Source of the DNA: Thiobacillaceae bacterium
GTDB taxonomy: Bacteria; Pseudomonadota; Gammaproteobacteria; Burkholderiales; Thiobacillaceae
Reading direction: 5' to 3'
Length of the DNA stretch: 64,000 nt
Assembly: GCA_044227325.1 (NCBI GenBank)
Contig: JBGAFI010000003.1
Coordinates: 45,252 to 109,251, forward strand
The translations under genes and the position numbers were made by a program. Below are positions 55,916 to 63,325 of the stretch, one piece after another (positions within the stretch are counted from its first letter, which is position 1; each line of letters starts with the position of its first letter). The notes under the pieces are model-generated. The model was given only the letters and a program-made list of their open reading frames with translations. It was not told where the DNA came from and did not search any database.

Positions 55916-56746
55916 ATGGCAACCCACAAGACATTCAAGGATCCCAAGCTGGGCATGGCGATCCGCATTCCCTCGCCACCGCCCCTGGTCGACGAACTCA
56001 AAAAGGTGTTGGACGACCCGTTCTCCGAGATGGATTCCATCGCCGACCTGGTGCACCAGGATGCCGGCATCACCGCCAGTCTCTACAAGACCCTGGCGAA
56101 ACCCATCTACGGCCTGCGCCGTCCGCCGGAAACCATCGCCCAGGCGGTCTCCCTGGTGGGCCTGAAAACCATCGCCGAACTCATCAGCGGCCTCAGCATC
56201 CAGGCCGCCATCTACGGCGATTCCCCGTTCTATCCCTGGTTCTGGGAGCGGGCCAACGAGATTGCCGGCTATGCCGGCGCCATCGCCCAGCGCCAGCGTA
56301 TGGTCTGCAACGTCTTCCCCGAGCACGCCCACCTCGCCTCGCTGTTCGTGGACTGCGGTGTGCCCATCCTGCTGCAGCACATCGAAAAGTACGAATACCC
56401 GTTCATGACCGCCAACGGCTACATCTGGCCCAACGTGGTGGACGAGGACAAGCGCCTCGACACCGACCATGCCGTGGTGGGGCACCTGGCGGCCCGCCAC
56501 TGGCATCTGCCCGCCTACGTGTGCGACGCCATCCGCTGGCACCACGAGCCGGTCAACGTCAAGGATCAGGCCGCCACCATGGTGGCCATCCTGCAGACCG
56601 CGATCCACATCTACAACCTCAACGCCATGAAGGACGACCACGATTGGCCGGACTTCCAGGATCAGGCCCTGGAGGAGATCGGCGTGGCGAAGGAAGGGTT
56701 GAAGGAGTTCGAGGAGGACGTCTACGAGAGGGCGCAGAAGCGTTGA
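55916..56746 (+). CDS. HDOD-domain signalling protein
   Basis: 276 aa with ...DLVHQDAGITASLYKTLAKPIYGLRRPPETIAQAVSLVGLKTI..., the HDOD pattern. Confidence 0.75.
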   Translation: MATHKTFKDPKLGMAIRIPSPPPLVDELKKVLDDPFSEMDSIADLVHQDAGITASLYKTLAKPIYGLRRPPETIAQAVSLVGLKTIAELISGLSIQAAIYGDSPFYPWFWERANEIAGYAGAIAQRQRMVCNVFPEHAHLASLFVDCGVPILLQHIEKYEYPFMTANGYIWPNVVDEDKRLDTDHAVVGHLAARHWHLPAYVCDAIRWHHEPVNVKDQAATMVAILQTAIHIYNLNAMKDDHDWPDFQDQALEEIGVAKEGLKEFEEDVYERAQKR

Positions 56747-56786
56747 CGTGGCGACGGCGAAGGTCGTCGGCCCATGGAACGGGAAA

Positions 56787-56814
56787 GGAAACGGCCACGA
56801 AGGTGGCCGTTTCC
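56787..56814. terminator. Hairpin in the convergent HDOD/dksA-like spacer
   Basis: GGAAACGGCCAC-GAAG-GTGGCCGTTTCC, a 12-bp perfect stem. Confidence 0.55.
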
Positions 56815-56869
56815 GTCTGCGCTTGCCGCGCCCCTTCCGTAAACGGAGGAGGGGCCATAGCCCAAACGA

Positions 56870-56893
56870 AAGTGGCCGCATGCGCGGCCACTT
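56870..56893. terminator. Second hairpin in the convergent spacer
   Basis: AAGTGGCCGC-ATGC-GCGGCCACTT, a perfect palindrome with A/T flanks usable on either strand. Confidence 0.55.
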
Positions 56894-56911
56894 GCTTGTG
56901 AGCGGGGACGC

Positions 56912-57880
56912 TCAATCCGCGTACAGCTTCTCCAGCCGCTCGTGCTTTTCCTGCGCCTCGATGGACAACTCCGCCGTCGGCCGGGCGAGCAGGCGGGGGA
57001 TGCCGATGGGGTCGCCGGTTTCCAGGCAGTAGCCGTAGGAACCATCCTCGATGCGGGCGAGGGAGGCGTTGATCTTCTTCAGCAGTTTGCGTTCCCGGTC
57101 GCGCACGCGCTGCTCCAGGAGGTTTTCCTCTTCCACCGTCGCCCGGTCGTTGGGGTCGGCGAAGACTTCGTTTTCCTTGAGGTGTTCGCCGGTCTCCCGG
57201 GCGTTCTCGAGGATTTCGTCGCGCATGGCTTCCAGCTTGGCCTTGAAGAAGGCGAGCTGGGCCTCGTTCATGTAGTCCTTCTCGGGCATGGCCAGGGCAT
57301 CGGCATCGGTGAGGGGAACGCCGATGGGCCTTTTTGCGGCCTTGGCGGGCTTGGAAGCGGTGGTTTTGGTATCTGTGGATTTCATGGATTTGGCCGGAAC
57401 AGGTGCCGCCGCCGGTTTTGGCGCGGTCGCGGGTTTTTTCGCGGGCGCCTTGGCCGGAACGGCTTTCTTCGGGGCGGGTTTCGCGATCGCTTTCGCGGGC
57501 GCGGGCGCCGCCTTGGGTTTCGGGGCGGCCGACTTGCTCGCCGGAGCGGGCTTGGCGGCCGGTGACTTCTTCACTTTATCGGGTTTCCCGGCGGTTTTCT
57601 TGAGGGCAGGCGCCCGCGCGGCGGGCTTCGCCGTCTTGGTCGCCTTGGCGGGCGACGCGACCGCTTTCACCGGGGCGGTCTTGGCTTTCCCGGCGGCGGT
57701 CTTGGCGGCCGCTTTGGCCGGGGCCGCTTTCGCCGCGACGACCTTGGCCGCTGCCGGTTTCTTCGCCGAGGCCTTGATCGGCGCCTTGACAGGCGCCTTC
57801 GCGATCACGGCCTTGGCGGCGGGTTTCTTGGCGCTGCTCGATGCGGTCTTGCTTGCCGGTTTCTTGGCTGCTGTTGCCAC
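56912..57880 (-). CDS. dksA: DksA/TraR-family RNA-polymerase-binding protein fused to an N-terminal Ala/Lys/Pro-rich histone-H1/AlgP-like domain
   Basis: The C-terminal ~140 aa are colinear with DksA, including the coiled-coil tip ADPNDRATVEEE (DxxDxA), RDRERKLLKKI and GYCLETGDPIGIPRLLARPTAELSIEAQ. The first ~180 aa are AKKPAAK/KPAPA-type low-complexity sequence. Confidence 0.85.
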   Translation of the reverse strand: MATAAKKPASKTASSSAKKPAAKAVIAKAPVKAPIKASAKKPAAAKVVAAKAAPAKAAAKTAAGKAKTAPVKAVASPAKATKTAKPAARAPALKKTAGKPDKVKKSPAAKPAPASKSAAPKPKAAPAPAKAIAKPAPKKAVPAKAPAKKPATAPKPAAAPVPAKSMKSTDTKTTASKPAKAAKRPIGVPLTDADALAMPEKDYMNEAQLAFFKAKLEAMRDEILENARETGEHLKENEVFADPNDRATVEEENLLEQRVRDRERKLLKKINASLARIEDGSYGYCLETGDPIGIPRLLARPTAELSIEAQEKHERLEKLYAD

Positions 57881-57938
57881 GATCGATTCCTCCGTCGTTA
57901 GACTGCGCGGGAAAAATTAGCGGCGGATTATGCCATGT

Positions 57939-59015
57939 TCACGCCGAGTAAAGACCCAATGGGTCGTTCGGGTCGATCCCGTCCATGAACGGCTTGCTGC
58001 GTTCCCGGTGGGTGACCTGATACATGCAGCCCATCCAGTTGCCGACCACGGCCTCGCCGGTATCGTGCCACGTGTTGTCGAGTTTATCGGCGACCAGCGC
58101 TTCGGGAAACTCCGGTATGGGCTCGCCCAGCCGGCGCGCGGCCAACAGCTTGTCCACCCATTCGCGCAGGATCGCCTGCTCCAGGGGGCGCAGGTAATTG
58201 TCGGGAAAAGGCGGCGGCGCGGGCAGCGCGCCCTGGGCGGCGAGCAGGGCGTCGCGCTTGTATTCCTTGAGCAGGGAAATGGTGTCGTACTCGGGATGGC
58301 CCTGGAAGAACACCATGCGCAGGCCGTCGTGGCTGGTGGCGAGATGCACGCCCACCTCCTCGCTTTCCACCAGCACGCGCAGGCCGGCGGCCTCGAACTG
58401 GGCGCGGGAGACGTCGTTCCAGCGGGAGTGGGGCACGTCGAAGCGGGTGTTCACGTCGGCGACCAGCGGGTGGCGCTTGTCCAGGACGCGGTGCGAGAAC
58501 ACGCCCCAGCGTTTGCTCGCTTGTTTGACCCGGGGCTGGCCGTGGCGGAAGTGCAGGACCGCGTGGGTGGCGAGGCAGGACAACAGGGTGGTGGTGACGT
58601 TCTCCCAGGCCCATTCGATGACCTCGCCCAGGGGCAACCAGAACGGCTCCTTGGACAGATCCTCGCCGGTGACGTTGGCGCCGGTGATGATGAGGGCATC
58701 CAGGCCGTCCGCTCGGATCGTCTCGAAGGACTCGTAGTACCTGGCGATGTGGGCCGCCGCCTTCTCGCCCCGGGGAATGGCGTCCAGGGTGAAGGGATGC
58801 ACGTAGAACTGGGCGATGGGATTGCTTTCCCCCACCAGCCGGAAGAACTGGCGCTCGGTGGCCTCCAGGGCCGCGTCCGGCATCATGTTGAGCAGGCCGA
58901 TGTGGAGTTCGCGGATGTCCTGCTGTTCCGCCCGTCCCGCCGGCAAGACGATGGTCGTGCCGGCTTCGCGCAGGCGCAGCAATGAAGGCAGGTCGTTGTG
59001 GGCGACGATGGGCAT
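57939..59015 (-). CDS. metA: Homoserine O-acyltransferase, MetA family
   Basis: 358 aa with MPIVAHNDLP...ELHIGLLNMMPD...DALIITGANV...HSRWN..., typical MetA motifs. Confidence 0.9.
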   Translation of the reverse strand: MPIVAHNDLPSLLRLREAGTTIVLPAGRAEQQDIRELHIGLLNMMPDAALEATERQFFRLVGESNPIAQFYVHPFTLDAIPRGEKAAAHIARYYESFETIRADGLDALIITGANVTGEDLSKEPFWLPLGEVIEWAWENVTTTLLSCLATHAVLHFRHGQPRVKQASKRWGVFSHRVLDKRHPLVADVNTRFDVPHSRWNDVSRAQFEAAGLRVLVESEEVGVHLATSHDGLRMVFFQGHPEYDTISLLKEYKRDALLAAQGALPAPPPFPDNYLRPLEQAILREWVDKLLAARRLGEPIPEFPEALVADKLDNTWHDTGEAVVGNWMGCMYQVTHRERSKPFMDGIDPNDPLGLYSA

Positions 59016-59027
59016 GGGCTACTCCCG

Positions 59028-59882
59028 TCAGTGGTTGCCGGTACGTCCGATCGCGGTTTCCACCAGGGCGAGGAAGTCCGCCTGGTTCTTCACCTGGGCC
59101 ACTTCCCGCGAGGTCACCGTGTAGCCGTGCGGGCCGGCGATGGCCTCGTAGCGCGGCACGCGGGAATGGAACAGGCGCGGAAACACCCAGCGCGTGAAGT
59201 CGTTGGGCTCCACCTGGGCGATGTAATCCAGGCCCTTTTCCGCCATGTAGACGGGCAGGTTCTCGGCCAGGAAGGCGGGCCGGTAGTAAAGCGGCTTGGG
59301 GTCGGACTGGGCGCGGCGGATCAAGGTGTCCTCCTCGTCCTTCGAGGTCACCTGGATATAAAGGATCAGGGTGTGCTCGGCGAGCAGGTCGATGACCGAA
59401 TCCTCTTCCAATTCGCACAGGCTGCCGCCCACGTCGTTGACGAAATGGTCGTAGCCGTAGATTTCCCGCGCCTTGCGGATGAACTCGGGCACGTCCTTCA
59501 TCGCCGCGATCTCCGCCTCCCGGTACAGAGCCTGGCGCCGGCTGAATTCGGGCAGGGAGAGGCCGTTGTGGTCCGGATTGCCAAGCTTGCCGACGAAGGA
59601 CAGCACCGGGCCCAAATCCTCGATCTTGATGTTGTTGCGGATGTCGATCCAGTCGTTGCGCAACAGCTCCTTCAGGAAGGGCACGCGCATGGCTTGCTGC
59701 TTGATCAGGTCCAGGATGGGCTCGTCCAGGTAGCGGGTGCCGATGCGGTAGTCGCCGGAGAAATGGAACCAGTCGTGGCGGCGCAGCATGCCGGAGATGT
59801 AGGTCTTGCCCACGCCGGACATGCCCAGCAGGGTGATCTTCTTGCATTCCCAGGCACGAAAGGATTCGGGAGTGAATTTCAT
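59028..59882 (-). CDS. P-loop NTPase, shikimate-kinase-like fold with insertions, function unknown
   Basis: 284 aa. Walker A LLGMSGVGKTYI. SK-like spacing of ...SGDYRIG..., ...VNDVGGSLCE... and ...ILYIQV...RRAQSDPKPLY. Its stop is 12 nt from the metA start. Confidence 0.7.
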   Translation of the reverse strand: MKFTPESFRAWECKKITLLGMSGVGKTYISGMLRRHDWFHFSGDYRIGTRYLDEPILDLIKQQAMRVPFLKELLRNDWIDIRNNIKIEDLGPVLSFVGKLGNPDHNGLSLPEFSRRQALYREAEIAAMKDVPEFIRKAREIYGYDHFVNDVGGSLCELEEDSVIDLLAEHTLILYIQVTSKDEEDTLIRRAQSDPKPLYYRPAFLAENLPVYMAEKGLDYIAQVEPNDFTRWVFPRLFHSRVPRYEAIAGPHGYTVTSREVAQVKNQADFLALVETAIGRTGNH

Positions 59883-60028
59883 CGGGTTGTAAGGCTAGTG
59901 GAGGTGAAGTCCGCAAGTGTGCCCCAGAGGCGGCGCGGGGTGAACTTCCGCTTGGCCCGCAAGGGGATATTTGCAGCACCGCGACACGCTGTTTCGGACT
60001 TTCCCATCTTGATAAACGAGCTTGCTTC

Positions 60029-60048
60029 TGAGAACTATTCTCATTAAT
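60029..60048. promoter_or_regulatory. Candidate Fur box
   Basis: TGAGAAC-T-ATTCTCA compared with the 7-1-7 Fur core TGATAAT-N-ATTATCA. The arms are a 6-bp palindrome. It lies immediately upstream of hemP in the divergent spacer. Confidence 0.5.
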
Positions 60049-60057
60049 ATGCGAGCC

Positions 60058-60231
60058 ATGAACCGCCCGCTCCCCCAGCCCGTCTTGCATGCGCAGCCCC
60101 ATCCGGCCCCGGCCGAAGTGGTGCGCGCGACGGATTTGCTGCGGAACCGTCAGGTCTTGGTGATCGAGCATGCCGGCGAGCGTTACCTGCTGCGCCTGAC
60201 CAAGAACGGCAAGCTGATCCTGACCAAATAA
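60058..60231 (+). CDS. hemP: Hemin-uptake protein HemP/HmuP family
   Basis: 57 aa from MNRPLPQ.... The C-terminus ...VLVIEHAGERYLLRLTKNGKLILTK is the HemP signature. Earlier in-frame starts (60022, 60049) overlap the Fur box. Confidence 0.75.
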   Translation: MNRPLPQPVLHAQPHPAPAEVVRATDLLRNRQVLVIEHAGERYLLRLTKNGKLILTK

Positions 60232-60330
60232 GCGTGACCGTCCCGGCGACGGGACAGCCAGCCAACGGGCCTCTCCGCCCCAGTAGCCAGCCAGAGATGA
60301 CTGATTTTTCGTTACTGATTGGAGAAGTCC

Positions 60331-61767
60331 ATGCATTTCGTATCCGTGCCGCGCGATAGCGCTTCCTCTGCCCGTGTCTCGCGCACCCGCGCGCCGGCTT
60401 GGCGCCTGCTGCCCTTGCTCGCGGCTGTTGCGGGCCAGTCCGCGTTCGCGGCCGATCCCGTCGCCGCCGACCTGGCGGCGCTGGTTCAGCAGTTGCAGGA
60501 AAGGCTGACCCGCCTGGAAAACCGCAACGCGGAGCTGGAGAAACGCCTGCAAGGCCCCGCCGACGTCGAGGCTATCCACACCCGCCTGGAGGACGTGGAA
60601 CATGAGGTGCTGGCCATCCGCCATCAGCCCAAGCCCTTCGAAAAACTCGAAGGGCTCGCGGTCGGCGCGAGCCTGACCATGGTCGCGCAACGGGCGCTGA
60701 GCGGCACCACCACCGGCAAGGACGAGAGCGACTTCAACTATCGCGGCGACGTGGAAGTGGAAATCCCCGGCGGCGCCATCGGCGACGCGGAAGGCAAGTT
60801 CTTCGCCCATTTCCGGCTCGGCCAGGGCACCGGCTTCTCCAGCCTGAATCCCACCCTGACCGGCGCGGTCAACTCCACCGCCTTCGAACTCGGCAACGGC
60901 GGCGCCAGCGCGCCCGACGATTCCGTCGCCCTGCTGGCCCAGGCCTGGTACCAGCTGGACATCCCGGTGGGCGGCACGAGCGGCGATCTGGGCCGCATGG
61001 AAGTCACCGTCGGCAAGATCGATCCCTTCGTCTTCTTCGACGGCAACAATATGGCCGACGACGAATCCGAGTCCTTCCTCAACAACGTGTTCGTGCACAA
61101 CCCGCTACTGGATTCCGGCGGCGACGCCGGCGTCGACGCCTACGGCTTCACGCCTGGCGTGCGCGCGGCCTACGTGGGCGACGTCAACGGCGGCAACAAC
61201 TGGGGCGTGTCCCTGGGCGTGTTCGGCTCCGGTCCCGGCGCCACCTTCGACACCAGCTTCACCAAGCCCTTCGTCATCGGCCAGGTGGAATACAACGGCA
61301 AGGCCCTGGCCGGCATGCCCGGCGCCTACCGGCTGTACGCCTGGAACAACGGCCGCGCGACGGCGCTGGACGGCGTCACCGAGGAGCGCCACGCCGGTTG
61401 GGGCGTGTCCCTGGACCAGCAGGTGGCGCAACACCTCACCCTGTTCTCCCGCATCGGCTTTTCCACCAAAGGCGAGGTCGGCTTCGACCGCGCCTTCACT
61501 TTCGGCGGCCAGTTGAGCGGCGCGGGCTGGGGCCGCGAGAACGACCGGCTCGGCCTCGCGCTGGGCTGGCTCAAGACCAGCGACGAATACAAGCTGGCCA
61601 ATCCCGGCCTTTCCGGCGCCGAGAAGCAGGCCGAGCTGTTCTACGCCTGGCAGCTCAACGACCAGGTCCACATCGCCCCCAGCCTGCAATGGATCGGACG
61701 GCCCGCGGGCGATGGCGCGGCGAAGAACATCACGGTGCTGGGTCTGCGCGCCAAGGTGTCCTACTGA
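60331..61767 (+). CDS. Outer-membrane porin (OprB/carbohydrate-porin-like) with N-terminal coiled coil
   Basis: GGAG RBS and a long signal region ending ...QSAFA|AD. A coiled-coil head LQERLTRLENRNAELEKRLQ is followed by beta-barrel-like alternating sequence ending ...VLGLRAKVSY (terminal aromatic). Confidence 0.75.
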   Translation: MHFVSVPRDSASSARVSRTRAPAWRLLPLLAAVAGQSAFAADPVAADLAALVQQLQERLTRLENRNAELEKRLQGPADVEAIHTRLEDVEHEVLAIRHQPKPFEKLEGLAVGASLTMVAQRALSGTTTGKDESDFNYRGDVEVEIPGGAIGDAEGKFFAHFRLGQGTGFSSLNPTLTGAVNSTAFELGNGGASAPDDSVALLAQAWYQLDIPVGGTSGDLGRMEVTVGKIDPFVFFDGNNMADDESESFLNNVFVHNPLLDSGGDAGVDAYGFTPGVRAAYVGDVNGGNNWGVSLGVFGSGPGATFDTSFTKPFVIGQVEYNGKALAGMPGAYRLYAWNNGRATALDGVTEERHAGWGVSLDQQVAQHLTLFSRIGFSTKGEVGFDRAFTFGGQLSGAGWGRENDRLGLALGWLKTSDEYKLANPGLSGAEKQAELFYAWQLNDQVHIAPSLQWIGRPAGDGAAKNITVLGLRAKVSY

Positions 61768-61798
61768 GCCGCCGCGTCGAAGCGCCAGGCCAATCGCC

Positions 61799-61969
61799 AT
61801 GAATACCCCGACGCCGCCCGCCAAGCCGACTCCCCCCGGGGGCAAGCCGCCACCCTCCTACCGCAGCGAGGCCTTGTTCCAGGGCGGCAGGGTGGTGCTC
61901 ATCCTGCACGAAGGGCGCGAGTACTGGCTGCGCATCACCAATGCCAACAAGCTGATTCTGACCGCGTAA
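61799..61969 (+). CDS. hemP: Second HemP/HmuP-family protein
   Basis: 56 aa. MNTPTPPAKPTPP...VVLILHEGREYWLRITNANKLILTA is a paralog of the 60058 gene. Confidence 0.75.
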   Translation: MNTPTPPAKPTPPGGKPPPSYRSEALFQGGRVVLILHEGREYWLRITNANKLILTA

Positions 61970-62025
61970 ACACCGCATGAAAGCGGGCCGGGCGCCGGCC
62001 CAAAAGGAAAGGAAAGGAAAGACCC

Positions 62026-63189
62026 ATGAACAAGACGTTCCACGCCATCGCACTCTCCGCCGCGCTGTCGTTCTCAAGCCCGGCCGTGCTGGCCGCTCCC
62101 CAGTCCGATCGCGATGTGGCGCCGGTGCTCAGCCACTACGCCGAATTGGTGTACGCCAACTACGAGGACACGCTGCAGGCCGCCCAGGCCATGAAGCGGG
62201 CCATCGACGCCTTCCTCGCCCATCCCTCCGCCGACACCCAGCAGGCCGCCCAGAAGGCCTGGCGCGCGGCACGGGAGTTCTACGGCCAGACCGAGGCGTT
62301 CCGTTTCTACGGCGGCCCCATCGACGACGACAACGGCCCGGAAGGCCGCATCAACGCCTGGCCCATGGACGAGTCCTATGTGGACGGCGTCGAAGGCAAG
62401 CCGGAGGCGGGCCTGATCAACGACCGAAGTTTCGCCATCACCAGGAAATCCATCGCCGAGCAGAACGAGCGGGGCGGCGAGGAGAACATCGCCACCGGCT
62501 GGCACGCCGTGGAATTCCTGTTGTGGGGCCAGGACCGCAGCGAAACCGGGCCCGGCGAGCGCGCCTACACCGATTACGTCGACGCGCCCAACGCGGACCG
62601 CCGCCGCCAGTACCTGAGCGTGGTCAGCGAACTGCTCATCGACGATCTCGCCTATCTCGCCAAGGCCTGGCGTCCGGGCAGCAAGCTCAATTTCCGCGCC
62701 CGCTTCGAGGAGGGCGGCCAGGAGTCCCTGCGCAAGATCTTCGTCGGCCTGGGTTCCCTGTCCCGGGGCGAACTCGCTGGCGAGCGCATGGAAGTCGCCC
62801 TCAACAGCCAGGACCAGGAGGACGAGCACTCCTGCTTCTCCGACAACACCCACCGGGACGCGGTGACCGACGCCCTCGGCATCGAGAACGTCTGGCTGGG
62901 GCGCTACAAGCGCGCCGACGGCAGCTTGCTGCAGGGCCCGTCCCCGCGCGATCTGGTCGCGGCCAGGGACGCCGCCGTCGCCGACAGGACCAGCAGGCAG
63001 ATTGCCGCCTCCGTGGCCGCGGCGAACGCGATCCAGCCGCCCTTCGACCGGGAGATCGTCGGCGCCAAGGACGCCCCCGGCCGCCAGCGCATCCAGAAAA
63101 CCATCGACAGCCTTGTGCAGCAGAGCAAGGATCTGGTGGCCGCCGCCAACGCGGTGGGCATCACCAAGCTGACCTTGGTGCAACCGTAA
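62026..63189 (+). CDS. Imelysin-family (Peptidase_M75 / IrpA-like) periplasmic iron-related protein
   Basis: Signal peptide and an HxxE motif in GWHAVEFLLWGQD. The overall pattern resembles imelysin/EfeO-M75 proteins. Confidence 0.8.
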   Translation: MNKTFHAIALSAALSFSSPAVLAAPQSDRDVAPVLSHYAELVYANYEDTLQAAQAMKRAIDAFLAHPSADTQQAAQKAWRAAREFYGQTEAFRFYGGPIDDDNGPEGRINAWPMDESYVDGVEGKPEAGLINDRSFAITRKSIAEQNERGGEENIATGWHAVEFLLWGQDRSETGPGERAYTDYVDAPNADRRRQYLSVVSELLIDDLAYLAKAWRPGSKLNFRARFEEGGQESLRKIFVGLGSLSRGELAGERMEVALNSQDQEDEHSCFSDNTHRDAVTDALGIENVWLGRYKRADGSLLQGPSPRDLVAARDAAVADRTSRQIAASVAAANAIQPPFDREIVGAKDAPGRQRIQKTIDSLVQQSKDLVAAANAVGITKLTLVQP

Positions 63190-63193
63190 TCCT

Positions 63194-63285
63194 CCCCTTC
63201 CCCGCCGGGGAAGGGGCTGGGGAGAGGGTGCCGCAACCCTCACCCTAGCGCCGCCCCCGACCCGCTCCCGCGGGAAGCGGGAGCG
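63194..63285. repeat. Three consecutive GC-rich hairpins (REP-like intergenic element)
   Basis: CCCCTTCCCC-GCC-GGGGAAGGGG at 63194-63216. AGGGTG...CACCCT at 63225-63246. CGCTCCCGC-GGGAA-GCGGGAGCG at 63263-63285. Confidence 0.6.
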
Positions 63286-63325
63286 ACAAGCCAGCCTACC
63301 GCCAGCCAACCACGAAACCGCCATC

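Noticed and set aside
59883-60021. A possible SAM-II ('metA motif') or other SAM riboswitch in the 139-nt leader of the P-loop/metA operon.
   Set aside because: Reading the minus-strand leader, I could not find the conserved SAM-II pseudoknot core. It needs a covariance-model scan, so no feature is called.
58084-61098. 1004-aa minus-strand ORF across metA, the P-loop gene, hemP and the porin.
   Set aside because: Same reasoning: an alternative-frame or antisense artefact. It crosses two intergenic regions and a Fur-box spacer, and its composition is Arg/Pro/Gly-rich.
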